A stretch of 64,000 bases of DNA from Octopus sinensis (lineage: Eukaryota). The stretch is taken from positions 70,618,001 through 70,682,000 of the forward strand of contig NC_042997.1 in NCBI RefSeq assembly GCF_006345805.1. The letters run 5' to 3'. Shown piece after piece: positions 41,736 to 57,607 of this stretch (positions within the stretch are counted from its first letter, which is position 1; each line of letters starts with the position of its first letter). The position numbers were made by a program, and so were the translations under genes. Below the pieces are notes generated by a model. The model searched no databases. It was not told the DNA's origin and saw only the letters and a list, made by a program, of their open reading frames with translations.

Positions 41736-42902
41736 TTATTGGGGCTTTGACCCCTATTTCTAAACAGGTTAGACGCCCAGTGTGTCCTTAAACTTACTGT
41801 TAATTTTAATTTTATATCTATTTGATGTTATTTAATACCTGTAACCACCTGTATTGTTGCAGTTATTATTATCAATATCTTATATTCAGATAATATATAT
41901 GCAGATAATATTAACAATAATAATATTTCTATGAGTGTTCACATCTGAATATTCACTCCGGTGCATAAGATATTTGAGAACAGATTTATGTTTATAAAAA
42001 AAAAAAGAGATATATAGTAACAGATAGATACTTTATCAGAAATTGTTATGAATATAAAAGAAAACCTTTTCTATAACATTATTGAATAAATCAACCTTCA
42101 ACTTCAACAACTGCTTCTAAATGTCGGGAAATTGGTCAATACCAGACCATTATTTAAATTGCAATACATTTTGACCGGTTTGAACACTGCTTGACATTGT
42201 TGCTTGAATTTCTTAAAATATAGACAAAACAAAACAGTGTACCTTTATTTCGAAATGAAGCATAAAAATGCGCTATTCACTAAATTAATGATGTGGTGAC
42301 TAAATCGCCACCTACTCCTGGCCATCGTCGTGGTGTCGTTTTTTGCGTTCGTCATCGTCATCATCGTCGTCGTCATTGTCGTCATCATCATCATCATCAA
42401 CAGCATCATCATTAACATCATCATCAACACCATGATACATACACTCCCACCTATAATTATTAAATGTTACTTACAACCGAGGTGAGATTGGCGCAACATG
42501 AACCATTATTTTTTGCACTAACCCAAACATTTAGAGAATATTATGTCTTCACTCAATGTTGAATTCAAATATCAATGAATTAATCATAACCTTTCATCAT
42601 TGAGAGGTCGTTAACCTTAGTGGTGTTCATATACTGTTGTTAGTATAATTGCATACACTCCTTTCACATAAAATACATCAGAGCAAAATCAAAATATTTT
42701 CAATAAGAAACCGTCAAACACACGCATAGAGAAACATACGCAGTACACTGGCACAGGGAAGCATATACACATAACTATACTCTTACAGAATAACACACTA
42801 TATTTGTATATAAATACATTTGTGTTTGCATCTAGTTATTCTTTATTTACCAATGTTTCTATAATGTATCCGTCTATTTTACACGCTACAATACATTCTC
42901 TA

Positions 42903-42998
<96 letters not shown>

Positions 42999-42999
42999 C

Positions 43000-43066
<67 letters not shown>

Positions 43067-43829
43067 GTCTGTCTATCCAGCTAGCTAGCTATCTGCCTAT
43101 CTATCCATCTATCTACCTGCATGATTACCATCTGTCTATCCATCCACCCATACAGCCAGCCATCCACACGAACATACTCACCCTCATACATACCTACATA
43201 CATACCTATCTATCTACCTTCCTACATACCTGCCTATCTGTCTATCTCTCTAAATATGTATGTATGTATATGTATATATTAAGTATGTATGTATGTATGT
43301 ATGTATGTATGTATGTATGTATGTATGTATGTATCTAGCTACGCTACTGTATCTATCTATCCATCTCTCTATCAACCCGATTCTCTATTTCAGTTATTTC
43401 CAGTGTCCCTCTAGTGGTCTAATTGGATGGTAGAATACCACTTCACACCTCCATTTACATATCTGTACAATTTTACATGCAACAATCGATATGTTTATCA
43501 GATCAACTGTCCATTGTATACAACTGCGTGCACACACACACGTGTATTTGTATGACTTTGTGTATGTGTGCATGTATATATGTATGCTGGTTTTCACGCA
43601 TGCATATATTAATGTATGTATATCAATTATTGAATCTCGGCAACGAGATACCCATTGACTTTTAGAAAACTGTAAGTTCTACAGCAGCGTTTTACAAACT
43701 GTTTTTACTGCAACCCACAGCAGGAACCACAATTTGCATTGCGACCTATGTCTAATAAATAATTACTGACGTGTAATAAATCTAAGAGAAAGTCTATTCC
43801 CCAGGCTCATCTATTTAGCATCGACAATT

Positions 43830-44066
43830 TATATGTATCTTTCTTATATTCATAAAACCATGTGGCAAGTATTCCTCACTATAAAGTCTTGTTACTTTCA
43901 TCTTCTTATTTGGTGTCTCAAAATGTCCCAAAAGAAGTCAACATTTGCTTGTTTAACATTATCATGTTTAACAATGTTCGTGGAAGATACATTTCCAGAT
44001 GTATCTGTTAATGTTAATGATCCTCCTGTGCTTTCATCGTTCTTCTTTTTCCGAATGATATAAAGA
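43830..44066 (-). mobile_element. hAT (Buster/Charlie-like) transposase N-terminal remnant
   Basis: MDLYIIRKKK...(frameshift)TPNKKMKVTRLYSEEYLPHGF resembles the R.YSEEYL..GF start of Buster-type transposases. Confidence 0.6.
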
Positions 44067-44190
44067 TCCATAATTGGGGGTGTTTCAGAAATATATATAT
44101 ATATATATATAACAAAGTGCAGTTGAAAGGTACCGCACGAGGGGAAATATATATGAAAGAAGGTTTGGAAATGCAATTTTAAAGATGTTC

Positions 44191-44249
<59 letters not shown>

Positions 44250-45234
44250 ATATATATATATATATATATATACATATATATATACACATACATATACATA
44301 TATATACATATGTATATATATATACATATATATACATATACATATTATACATAAAGTTAGTGAAGCACCGTATCCATTTGTTGAGAGTTTATATTTCAGG
44401 ACAGGGATCTTTCATAAAATATAAAAAGGATGAGTACAAAACCTTATTAAATATGACTTAATATAGAAAAAAATAGCCGACATCCACGTTACTCCTAATT
44501 TCCGGATTTTGATTATATTATCCCTATTTAAACTTAATATATCAAATTTTTTTATAAATGACTGATGAACAAATTGATAGATACAAAATTCGAAAGCGTA
44601 TCTAACAGAAGCACTCGTGAGGACATATCTACGCCGACCTGGTACGGATCGTGATCTCTTGACAAACAAGACAGATAAACTCAGTGAGAAAAGATAAAAT
44701 ATAATGCGAGTTTACCTTAATGTCTAAAAGTGCGGAGAGTAAGTCTGAGTGAAATGAAATGAATTGTAAAGACTGAGAAGAAATAGAAAAGTTACGCTAT
44801 GTAAAATTAATAAAAACTGATAAAAAATATAATTATGTTATGTAAAAAAACTGTTGACAACTAGCCATTCAAGACGAGGCAGTGTGTGTTTGTCGATTGC
44901 CAGTGTTGTTGATGACAACTAGGTATGAAGATTTAATCTAAACTTGTTTGATATTTAAGGATTCAAGGTAAAAAGAGAGGCAGTGGGAGAGAGTGAATGA
45001 CTGTCGATTGCCTTGGACAAAACTTTGAAGATATTTTAACTGCGATAACATCCTTTTTGTATATGTATAATAAATTCATAATAATATGAACTATTATGTT
45101 TTGAGTGGTAAAGCCTGCTTTGTCATGGGAGAAATCGGTAAAACTAGCGATGATTTACCAGTGTTGTGCAACATTTAGAGTTGTTATATTCTGTACTTTA
45201 CACACACCCACTTGCGTTTTTCTTCCTTTCCTTT

Positions 45235-45305
45235 GTTGTCGCGACCCATTTTATTTATCTCGCGACCCGCTGAAGGGCCGAGACCCACAGTTTGAAAAAC
45301 GCTTC
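45235..45305 (-). mobile_element. hAT Charlie/Buster-like terminus
   Basis: gcgtttttcaaactgtgggtctcggcccttcagcgggtcgcga..gggtcgcga is the repeated GGGTCGCGA subterminal pattern. Orientation fits the 43830 fragment. Confidence 0.55.
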
Positions 45306-45541
45306 TCTACAGCATTCTTTCAGTGCCACTTTTTGATTCGTTGGACATAATTCAGAATTTTATTATGTGTGTGTTTGTGTGTGGGTGTGTCTATGTATAT
45401 ATGTATGTTGTTATATATACATATAATTATATATACATATATATATATATATGAATATATATAATTATACATACAATAATGTACATATTCACAATTATAC
45501 ATTCGTACATGTATATATGTATGTGTGCGTGTGTGTATGTT

Positions 45542-45580
<39 letters not shown>

Positions 45581-46699
45581 ATGTATATATACATGTATGT
45601 GTATGTTTATATATATATACACACACAAACGCGCGCTCACGCACAAATACACGCACGCACACACATATATACATATATATATGTACTCATACACTTACCC
45701 CCACTCGTGCACGCATACACATATACACACATGCATATATACATATATGTGTGTGTGTGTGTGTTTATGCCTTTTGTTTCTCTTATTCTGTCTTCTATTT
45801 TCCATCTACCTAATTGGCTATCTATGCATCTTTCTTTCTGTCTTTCTATCCTTCTTTGATACTTTCCTTTTTTATTTCTCTCTTTAACCAGCTGATGCAA
45901 TTACATTACTAACGTAAGTATGTGAAAATCAGTGTATGGTTTGATCCCACCTAGACCCGTGTGATTCTGACCGTATGACATTAAAATACGGAGCAAGTCA
46001 GCATTCGAGGCGTTCTATTAATTTCCTCATTTATTTATTTATTTTTTTATTTTTGCTCGTATTTTATATTTTGCTTTACTTTTCTTTGTTTTGCTGCTTT
46101 AACCTCTAACCTAGACACACAGATCACAGAATGACAACTCACATAAGAATACAAACACGAATGCACGCCGAGAAACATAAATAAAAATAAAAGATAACGT
46201 CATTTCGCACAACTATCAACTTCGCAATCCATTAGCGACTAAGATAATTTAGCGGCAAACAGGATAAGATTAAAGACCGGTGGTTCAGGCAGTATGTGAT
46301 TAAGGTCGTAATGAAAGATTAGCCATATGTTGCAGATTTAATGATGAAAAGTAAATCCGACCATCGCGAAGATAATAAAAATAATAACAAAAATCAATTT
46401 AAAGAAAATGAAAAGTAATTAAAACATCATTAACAAAAAATGTATTGAATTTATAAAATTGAAAATACATTCTAAATTACTAATTATTTATTACATACAC
46501 ACACACACACACATTTAAATCTATATCTATTTCTGTCTCTCTCTGTATATATGTGTGTGTGTAATATAAATAATATATATGCACATATATATAATAATAA
46601 TATAAATAATATATGCATATATAAATGTAAATATACATACATACATACATACATACATACATACATACATACATACATACATACATACATACATGCATA

Positions 46700-46900
46700 C
46701 ATATGCATATATGGGTGAAGGACGTCACTGACAGTGAACAAGATGAAATACGAAAACAAATGAGTTCAATACGCAAACAACGAGAGACACAAATGGAAAA
46801 TAGGACAAGTGATATAAAGAACGGACCCTCATCAGTTGTCGGCTATCTGTCTACTCCTCATTTCGGCCAATGAATGGCAATATGATTCTTCAAAGACAGT
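46700..46900 (-). repeat. Dispersed repeat shared with 60700-60850 (CTGATGA-containing, Penelope-like tail)
   Basis: Both copies carry gaaatacgaaaacaaat..ccctcatcagttgtcggct..tctactcctcatttcg. Confidence 0.55.
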
Positions 46901-47127
46901 TGCTCCCATAAGTGCCAAAATAAAATTTGGGATTTATGGGGGGACAAAGTTGGCAGAAAGCAGGACAGTGGAGAGATACAACGAAAACAAGCGAAAACAA
47001 ACAGGGAGGGTCGTTAGACTAGAACGAAGGTAAAATAGCGAACGCTGGAGAGATATTTTCTTTGACAAGAGAAAAGATAGAAGAGTGAAATAGGATACGT
47101 CCAGTATTTTGAACTGCCCTGAAAGAA

Positions 47128-48275
<1,148 letters not shown>

Positions 48276-48285
48276 ATATATATAT

Positions 48286-48346
<61 letters not shown>

Positions 48347-48761
48347 GAATCTATATGTATGTGAGCGATAAGTATCGTGTGGTGGAAATAAACGCAACTT
48401 TCTCATTCTATATTTTTTGTTAAGTTAGAATTTGTCTGTGTTGGTTAGGATTTTTTCAATTTCTGTTTTCTTGTGTCGACCAATTGACGAAAGAATTTTT
48501 TAAAAATTAAATTCATTGAGCCGAACAAAGTCAAAATTATATTAATTCTATTTTTTCCCTTTACTTTTTACTTTCCTACAATATAGTTAATTACCACACC
48601 CTATATACTGAGATGGGAGCGATGACCTCCCCTCCAAAACGCTAATAGGACACAGAATGTGTGTCATTATCTAGCTGGAGGAGATGTATTCCTGGGGCTA
48701 TAAACGACAGTAGCACTGTCCTGTATAGAACGCCACACATGATTAGCAACATATGTTACGA

Positions 48762-48816
<55 letters not shown>

Positions 48817-49319
48817 GTATATTTGTTTATATACAGTAAATCCCAAAAAGAACAAATACAAATAATCAACAACGCGAGGACGTGCTACGTGTAATTTATC
48901 AGCAGACGCTCAGGAAAAGAAAGGAAGATGCTTTAACGTTTGGAGCAGACGCTCTTCTTTGGAGACAGGGGAAAGTTCCCAAGAAGGGAAGACGGAGGAA
49001 GAAAATCGCCAACGATTCACATGTAGTTACATTTTGTATTGACCGAAAGGGAATGGGTGAAGAATGTTTTAGTCGAATGGAACGATCCCAATACATTTTT
49101 TTTTAGCCTATCACTTAATCTTTTCTTTTTAACGAACCGCTAAGTCCTGGGGACGTAAACACACCAACACCACTTGTCAGGCGGTAGTAGGGGACAAACG
49201 TGTGTCTGTTCTACATGCTTAGATATGCTTATTATTATATAGAAATATATAATACCATATATATATTTTCCAAGCCTTCTCTGACTAAATCAGCTTATTA
49301 CTGCAGTTGTCACAATCAT

Positions 49320-49323
49320 AATA

Positions 49324-49386
<63 letters not shown>

Positions 49387-49396
49387 GCTGCTGCTG

Positions 49397-49447
<51 letters not shown>

Positions 49448-49450
49448 TCA
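49320..49450. repeat. (TAC)n/(TGC)n array; also (TAC)/(TAG)/(CAG) at 50650-50940
   Basis: Direct reading. Confidence 0.95.
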
Positions 49451-50200
49451 CTACCTACAACCATTCCACCACCTCCACCACAATGAAACCTCACCTGTCA
49501 CCACCATTATCACCAATACGATATGTTTTTCTTACCTTCATCTCCACTATATTTCTCCAGCAGTCTTAATTAGAGAATACGCCGTCCCCTAATATGGGGT
49601 GTGTATGTGTGTGTAAGTGTGTGCACTGTATATGTTTCTATTTGTGCAGTGGTATGTTTTGTGTTGTGTTGTTTAATTCGCGTTCGTGTGTGGTATGTGT
49701 TGACTAAACCGATAGCTTTAATTAATTTACACAACAACAGAATGTACATGCAGACACATGTGATTTTGTCTCTTTTTTCAGTAGCGCATTAATTATACGA
49801 TTTCTCCAACTGTAAAAATGCATAACCATGCTCATTGAATTACATATAATTCGCTCATCAGATATGCATTTTTAAAAGCATCGATTTACATTTTCTTGTA
49901 TGTTTTTATGTATCTATCTGTCTATACACCCAAACACACACACACACACATATGCACGGATATATGCACACATATAGAAATACATATTAATATATATACA
50001 TATGTCTCAATACGAAAATAGTAATGTTACATGTATGTGTGTATGAATATGCATGTATATGTATATGCATATATCGATCGATACCCACACACATGTATGT
50101 ATATATATATATATACTTACACACACACACACACACATACATATATACATATATATATATATGTAGATATATTTGCTTATATACATACATACATATACAT

Positions 50201-50250
<50 letters not shown>

Positions 50251-50315
50251 CGAGAGAGACAGAGATTTATTTATGAATATATCTAATTATATACGCATGT
50301 CTATATATATATATA

Positions 50316-50360
<45 letters not shown>

Positions 50361-50398
50361 CAGAGATTTATTTATGAATATATCTAATTATATACGCA

Positions 50399-50437
<39 letters not shown>

Positions 50438-50699
50438 GGGCATATATACACGTATATCAGCGTTGACATACACGCATATTATTCTAGAAATATTATATTA
50501 TTTAATATATGATAGTATGGCGACCACGACAGTGATAGTGATGACGATGCCTACAAGAGCTGTGATAAAATGGCTCAGTGTATAAAAAGTGTTGAAGAGG
50601 TTCTATTCTTTATGCAGCCAACTTAGTATATCTCTAAGTTTTAAAATAAAGCTGCTACCACTACTACTATTAATACTAATATACCACCACCACTACCAT

Positions 50700-50747
<48 letters not shown>

Positions 50748-50844
50748 GATGATCACCACCATCACTATTACAACTACTAGTTGTAGTCGTGGTTGTAGTA
50801 ATATTAGTAGTAGTAGTAGCAGTAGTATTAGTAGTAGTAGTAGT

Positions 50845-50911
<67 letters not shown>

Positions 50912-51236
50912 TTGTTGTTGTTGTAGTAGCAGTAGTCAAAGTTATTAGTGAAAAATAAATCGATGAAAATTTAAGAATAACAAAACTAAAATATTTCAAT
51001 AAAAAACGCTTAACATCAAAATAAAGGAAAGAAATAAGCCAAGAAAGAAGAAAAACCATGTAGGATACTTCACGTACCCTACACCCACCCCGGATTACAT
51101 TGCCACAAGCAATACAATTGCCATTTGCCAATTCCTATTGACCACAAAGGAAAAGACGATACATTCAGTCACAGAAATTTTGTTACTTCTACCAACAATC
51201 TTGGAGGGCATACGAACAACACTTTCCCCATGTATA

Positions 51237-51642
51237 GACGCAGGTGTGGCTGTGTCGTGAGAAGCTTGCTTCCCAACCACATGGTTTCGGGTTCAGTCCC
51301 ATTGAATGGCACCTTGGGGAAGTGCCTTCAACTATAGCCTCGGGTCGACCAAATCCACGTGAGTGGGTTCGGTAGACGGAAAGTGAAAGAAGTTTGAAGT
51401 ATATTCGGCCGACTGTGCTCTCCGCCACTCCGCTGCGTTGCCGTGCATGGCCTGCATTTCGCCGAGAACGCTAGCCACTGTACCTTTTTCTATCTTCTCT
51501 ACCTGTTTATTTCTGTGTTCTTTTCTGTCGAAGAGCGTAGGCTCGAAACGTAAAAGACTTTCTCACTTCGCGATGGTTAAATTAATACATCTGTTTGTTA
51601 CTAACACACCCGTTTTCGTCTTTTGTTTTTTGTAAATTCTCA

Positions 51643-51676
<34 letters not shown>

Positions 51677-51885
51677 GGGGGGGGGTGTGTGTGTGTGTAT
51701 GTATATATATGTATGCATGTATGCATGCATGTGTATCTGTGGGGGGTCATCCTTTTCCCACCGCTTGACAACTGGTATTAGAGTGTTTACGTCCCCGTAA
51801 CTTAGCAGTTCGGCTAGAGAAACCGATAGAATAAGTACTGGCATCGATTAATTCGACTATAAATTCTTCTAGACGGTACACCAAG
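51237..51885 (+). mobile_element. Main SINE family copy interrupted by a Penelope-type tail (51465-51636)
   Basis: Head at 51237-51395; the body resumes at about 51735 after a TA/GT tract. Confidence 0.7.
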
Positions 51886-53874
51886 TTCGAACTGGAGAAC
51901 AAGCTGTTCACTGAGTTTTGTGCCTCAAGCATATTCGGACTGATAATAACGTTAGTAATATAAAGGATATACACACATGCATTTACACACGATATAAATT
52001 TGCGCAATCCCGTTGTCGTGGGCCCAAACAAAACAACAGCAGATGTATCCGCTCATCAAGGAAATTTAATGGTCGATGAAACTACTAAAAATGGGTATTA
52101 GAGAGTCTAACAAATTAAAAAAACAAAAGTAAACAATGGCTAAAACAGTATCTCCTAATAACTAGAAATATAAGTGATGTTCACAACTGGGATATTATAT
52201 GTCCGCTCTATCAGAGTCGATCTTTCAACAATACCACTGACAAGCGGAATTCATTGATGATTACACACCCCATTATATTCATCCTTATCCTGAACTGAAT
52301 GCTCAACATGCTGATCCAAGATGTTACAAAGAAATAGATACAAAGCCCTTCACAGTCCTAAATGCATTATCATAGACTCATGAACATGTGTACACACAAG
52401 TAATGAGGAGATTATTCTATAATCGGCACGTGATGTCCTCATTAAATATAGATCTAGACACCTCACTTTTTTTAATTTTAATTCGTATTACTTTTTCATT
52501 GTCGAGATTAGACCCGTACTCGAACTTACTTTAACATCTGTTCCTCTGACCTTTCTTCAATATATTTATGTTCTTTATTAAATTTTATCTATTTATGCTC
52601 ATCTGATGACACGCTTCACAGCTTAGCTTATAAATCAGCCATGTAAAATACACAAAGAAAACATACTGGCCTGTATTTATTTGTGTACAAGTGTCTCTCT
52701 CTCTCTCTTTCTCTCTCTCATTCTTTCTGTCTCTCTTTTCGCTCTTTCACCATACACACACATATATATGTGTAAATAAATATATATATATTTAAAATAT
52801 ATGTACACACACACACACACACACACATATAATATATATATATATATGTAGGTAGGTAGGTAGGTAGGTATGTATACACATACACACACATGCGTACATA
52901 TAACTACACCTGACAGATACTCGCACGTGGACGTAACAATACAATTTTAGCTTATTTAAGCAATATATTTATTTACTGAGTGTGCTCAACGGCTCAGCAA
53001 GTTGTCGTTGCTATACTTTCTGTGAATTAAACTACACAATACACAGTAAACAACTAATACTGAATATTTTCCACATGTTCAGTCTAGAACATCATCTAGA
53101 TGCTTCGTTTGTTAATCACCTCGTAAGCTGCTGTTGAACTAACAACAGTTACATACAATATACATACACATGATACATGTGCAACTCAACCAACACGCGC
53201 AAGAGGAACGAGCAGTTATCTACGTAGGTCACGCGAAAATTAATAACTGTAAAACGGATTGCGTTAGAGTCCATTAAGTCGAGACACGGAGATAGATACA
53301 AAGAATTATATTGCACACATACATGCATGAACATGGTTACCGCAAGCGAAATATTTAATCCGAAGCGTTCACAATGGTTCATAATTTGATAACAACGTGA
53401 AAAACAGATTGCTTTGAATTATTTACCACAACACACACACACACACAAGCACACACACACACACACACACACACAAGCACACACACACACAAGCACGCAC
53501 ACACACACACACACACAAGCACACACATACACACACACGCACAAACGTCTGACAAGTTCGTTTATGTAACTCCCAATTAACATCCAAACCCAACAAATCC
53601 TCTAGGCCGTAGAATTTCTGTTAGTCCAGCGATAATAACAAAATGAATCAATTATATTGATTCAATAACATATTAGAGCAACATAATTCTTAACATTAAA
53701 AGAAGAGACTGCAAAACAATTAAATTAGACAATAGAACAATTGAAAACGACTGCGGGTAATATTAGGTACAAAATTGATGACCAGAAGAACACAATATAT
53801 CCAGCCCACGCACCTTGCCATATTACCATACTTTGGTGCCTAGGAGAGGTTCAGAATATTCTAGGTTAGCACTA

Positions 53875-53962
<88 letters not shown>

Positions 53963-54584
53963 CCCTCTCTCTCTCTCTCTATATATATATATATGTTAAT
54001 AAAATAGAATATATGCATATATATAAACATATATGTACGTACCTACCTCTACATGTACATATACACGCATATATGTGTACAGGACACCAAAAAGACGTCG
54101 AACACATAGAGAGACGAAACACATAGACACAAACCAAGGAACAAGACAAGCAAAAAAAGGGAGAGATACAGGACAATAAGCACAACGAAAAATCCCCTTC
54201 TTCAGTCGCTAAGATTTCATCTACTAAACGTTTCGAAGGATAAAAGCGAGACGTATACTTCGAAGAAAAATTCCTTCCCGCGAAAAGCAAATCAATTAAA
54301 ATTCTGAGATCTTTTCGCAGAGGGGTAAAAAAAAGCAAGACGGTAACGACAGTACAAACATATAAACAGTAAAAAATATATATATAAACAGTGGAAAAAT
54401 AAATATATAACAGTGAGAGACAAGACAAGGAGAACAAGATAAGAAGGGCTGTTAACGCCAGACGAAAAAAGTATTGTAAACGCTGGATTATCGTGGAAGA
54501 CAGAGAGGGAAATTTTGTCAACCAGAAGCCTTGCAAGGCGGGCGAGAAAGGACAGGAAAGCAGTTACGACGGAAGTATCGTCGC

Positions 54585-54623
<39 letters not shown>

Positions 54624-55290
54624 TAACAATGAAGGGTGAAATTATAATCTCTTTGACTGCTATTTCTAAATTCGGTGTGTGGTAAGGCAATTCGTTGCTA
54701 AACCCTTAATTGCTTAGTATATATATATATATATTGTGTGTGTGTGTGTGTGTGTGTATGTGTTAGGGAACATAGTTATTTAAATTAAATATTAATTTGA
54801 TATTAATCAAATTTGATATTGACCAAATCTCAATTTTTCACCCTTGTTATTTAAATTTAAATAATCATGTTCTCTAACCGGCAAAATTCACAGCAGAGAA
54901 TTATTTTCTGCAGAATTATTTCCGGATTTTTTGGCGCGCCAAAAAGAAAACTTTTGAAATATAACCCCAAATGTAAATAGTAGAACTATATGCATGTTCA
55001 ATCTCATGCGGACGTTTCGCGTATAGTTCTGCAAATTAGATTTTGCTATGATGATCACACTGATGAATTGTGGACATTTACGGAAGTATTACTTAAGTGG
55101 TAGCAATAAAATCGGGTTTGTGATTAATCTTTATATTTTGTATCTTTTTATTTGCCTTGCTCGCTTACGTTCTGGTGTTTGGTGAATTTTCTTGAGAACA
55201 ATCTTTTCTTAGTGGTCAGGCCATGTGGGGTCTACCTCTAACATAATGGATATCCACTGAGTGGTCATCCCTGTTATATGTGTGTATATA

Positions 55291-55338
<48 letters not shown>

Positions 55339-55352
55339 TATATATATATATA

Positions 55353-55431
<79 letters not shown>

Positions 55432-55705
55432 CTATAGCCGCAGGTCGACCAAAGCATTGTCAGCAGATTTCGTCCACGGAAAAGGAAAGAAGACTGTTGT
55501 ATATATGTGTATATTTGTGTGTTTGTGTTTGTATCCCCACCATCAGTTGACAACCCATGTTGCTGTGTTTACGTTCCTGTAACTTAGCGTTGCGGCAAAA
55601 GATACGGATAGGATTAGCACCAGCCTTACATAGAATAAACCGATTCGACTAAAGCCCGTGCTCTAGCATCGCTCAGTCATATGACTGAAATAAGTAGAAC
55701 AATAA
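55432..55705 (+). mobile_element. Main SINE family copy, headless
   Basis: Body plus the tail cagtcatatgactgaaataag. Confidence 0.7.
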
Positions 55706-55973
55706 AAACTATACCATTTTAATCCCGATCAACGCCGCGTATCTCAGCTAGTTTGTAATAAATGATAAAGTATAACTTAGAAATAAGTGACTGAAAATCA
55801 GGGGGTGCACCATTGAATGGTGAGGGGCCAGTACCATCGAGTGTATCCCCTTAGTGACGGGCATGCAACAGACAAAATGAGGATATATAGAGATCACGAT
55901 AAAAACAAGCTAATTTAGAAAGTTGGTCTACTGTAAATATATACTTGCATGTTTATGTGTGTCAAATGTAACG

Positions 55974-56014
<41 letters not shown>

Positions 56015-56054
56015 CACACATCTATATATATGTGTGTGTGTGTATATATATATA

Positions 56055-56310
56055 TGGAGGAATATGGCCTAGCGGTTAGAGCAGTGATCGAGGGATCGCG
56101 GGCTCGAATCTGAGGCCGGGCGATGTGTGTGGCTCCGGCAGAAGGTAATGGCGAACTTCTGATACTTTCGCCACAACTTTCTCTCACTCTTTCCTCCTGC
56201 ATGTAGCAGCTCACCTGCGACGGGCCGGTGTCCCGACCAGGTGGAAAACCTATACGCCAATGAAACCGGGAAACCTGCCCTTATAAGTAAGGCTTGGCAC
56301 AAGAAGGAAC
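56055..56310 (+). mobile_element. tRNA-derived SINE, third family
   Basis: A box tggcctagcggtt, B box-like ggctcgaatc, and a distinct body. Confidence 0.6.
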
Positions 56311-56369
56311 ACCCCACCCCCCCACACACACATATGGAGGTACACGCATAGTTATGTGGAGGAACTGGT

Positions 56370-56590
56370 GTGGGTGCGCGGATAACAAGTAAGCGTTGCA
56401 AACAACGTGGTTTCGATATAATCCAACTCTTCTATAGCCCCGGGTCAACCAATGACAGTGTGATTGAATTTGGTGAATAGAAGTTATGTAGAAGCCCGTC
56501 GTACATGTGTACGTGTGTTTACGTTTGCCTCTCTCGACTTGACAACCAGTGTTGGTTATTTTAATTTCCCATTGCATAGTGGTTCACCAA
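56370..56590 (+). mobile_element. Highly degenerate main-family SINE
   Basis: ctatagccccgggtcaaccaa..agaagcccgtcgta..ttgacaaccagtgttgg. Confidence 0.55.
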
Positions 56591-56714
56591 AGAATATGTA
56601 TTAGTGTGTTCGTGCATACACTTGTGTGTGTGAGCATGCGTTTGTGTGTGTATGTATGTGCGTGAGTGTGCGTGTGTGTGTGCGTGTGTGAATGTATATA
56701 TTTTTATAATATAC

Positions 56715-56747
<33 letters not shown>

Positions 56748-56816
56748 AGTATATATATATGTATATATACACATGCATATATGTGTGTATGTATACACAT
56801 ATACATAGATATATAC

Positions 56817-56886
<70 letters not shown>

Positions 56887-57366
56887 TATATATATAATAT
56901 ATATATATATAAGCCTTTTATTAAACCACCGAGTTGGGTATAATGTGATAATTTTCTTTCTTAACACCCTCGTGACCTGCACACATCTTATTATCAGCGA
57001 CTGTGATAAGAACAAAAGCGCGGATTTCGCATTAGGGTATCCATTTGTATGTATTAATGTGTGAACAAGCAGTCTTGAGTGTCTGCGTTCTGTACCCGTG
57101 TATAGGTGTTTATCTGTAAGGTTTTTGTATGTGATTTAGTGTATGTGTGTATGTGTATATATATATAATACAGCATTTATATACATCATACGCATATTCA
57201 TACGTATAGATGTATGCACATATACAAATGTATAAATATATGTACATCCTATGTACTAACACACATACGCAAACGCATATACTTACCTATCTACACATAA
57301 ACACCTCTCAATTTTGCGTAGTTGCCTTAAGCTATCGCTAAATATGGCTCACGCCCAGAAAAACTT

Positions 57367-57473
57367 TTAACCCTGTAGTGGAAAGATAGCCTGTCGCTTT
57401 GAAAGGAATCAGCTTGCAAAGGTCTATAGTTACGTTCCCCACTAGCGTCAAACTGATAATTGAAAAGGGTTAA
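57367..57473. mobile_element. Possible piggyBac-type MITE remnant
   Basis: TTAA-CCCT...AGGG-TTAA boundaries, but the inverted repeat is only 4 bp. Confidence 0.3.
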
Positions 57474-57557
57474 ATACGTTCAAACTGGTACTCAAGGCTA
57501 AAAGATCGTTCTTTTAAAACATCAACACACCCTACACGAAATTTGTAACACGTTCCG

Positions 57558-57607
<50 letters not shown>

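Noticed and set aside
43833-44063. Cadherin-like VNVNDPPVL on the plus strand
   Set aside because: Only one short motif, and the opposite strand gives a better Buster-type transposase start.
46800-46875. Complete permuted hammerhead (GAAA before CTGATGA)
   Set aside because: Stems I and III could not be paired; kept only as a dispersed repeat.
54440-54580. Penelope N-terminal fragment (LLTPDEKSIVNAGLSW)
   Set aside because: Too short to distinguish from chance.
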